64,000 nt of DNA from Camelus dromedarius (taxonomy: Eukaryota), in NCBI RefSeq assembly GCF_036321535.1, contig NC_087472.1:100194001-100258000 (forward strand), given 5' to 3'. Every line of letters starts with the position of its first letter. Position 1 is the stretch's first letter. Shown here piece by piece: positions 63,955-64,000 of the stretch. A program made the position numbers and the translations under genes. The notes under the pieces are model-generated. The model was not told the origin of the DNA and searched no databases. It saw nothing but the letters and a program-made list of their open reading frames with translations.

Positions 63955-64000
63955 TTAACTGATGGATTTAAACTTGATCCACTGGTTTGCACCCCGGACT
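63955..64000 (-). CDS. PDHA1: Pyruvate dehydrogenase E1 alpha, last codons (continues beyond window)
   Basis: Reverse strand reads VRGANQWIKFKSIS*, the PDHA1 C-terminus; stop TAA at 63955-63957. Confidence 0.93.
   Translation of the reverse strand, partial: VRGANQWIKFKSIS

Overview
Mammalian genomic DNA, probably camelid (tRNA-derived SINE resembling vic-1, plus lineage-young L1s), from the MAP3K15/PDHA1 locus, which is X-linked in human. Most of the window is the middle and 3' part of MAP3K15 (ASK3) on the + strand. It is a decayed copy: 19 exon remnants (human-equivalent exons 7-23, 26 and 29; numbering inferred by counting back from the last exon) carry about 7 in-frame stops, about 6 frameshifts, a destroyed splice donor and altered kinase motifs (DFG>DVG, APE>APK). 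Exons 24, 25, 27 and 28 were not found. The gene is in its normal tail-to-tail position with PDHA1, whose last codons and 3' UTR end the window on the - strand, so this looks like a unitary pseudogene. The 3' part is rearranged: a ~385 bp near-identical inverted duplication, a ~300 bp degenerate hairpin of tRNA/SINE-like heads, a perfect ~4.2 kb (AGGCAGAG)n array, and a palindromic junction into a pyrimidine-rich array. Introns contain L1s, an ORF1-only (HAL1-like) full-length element, LTRs and DNA transposon fossils. Comparisons to human proteins and repeat families are from recall, not from a database search. Assembly artefact is not excluded for 56.6-62.3 kb.
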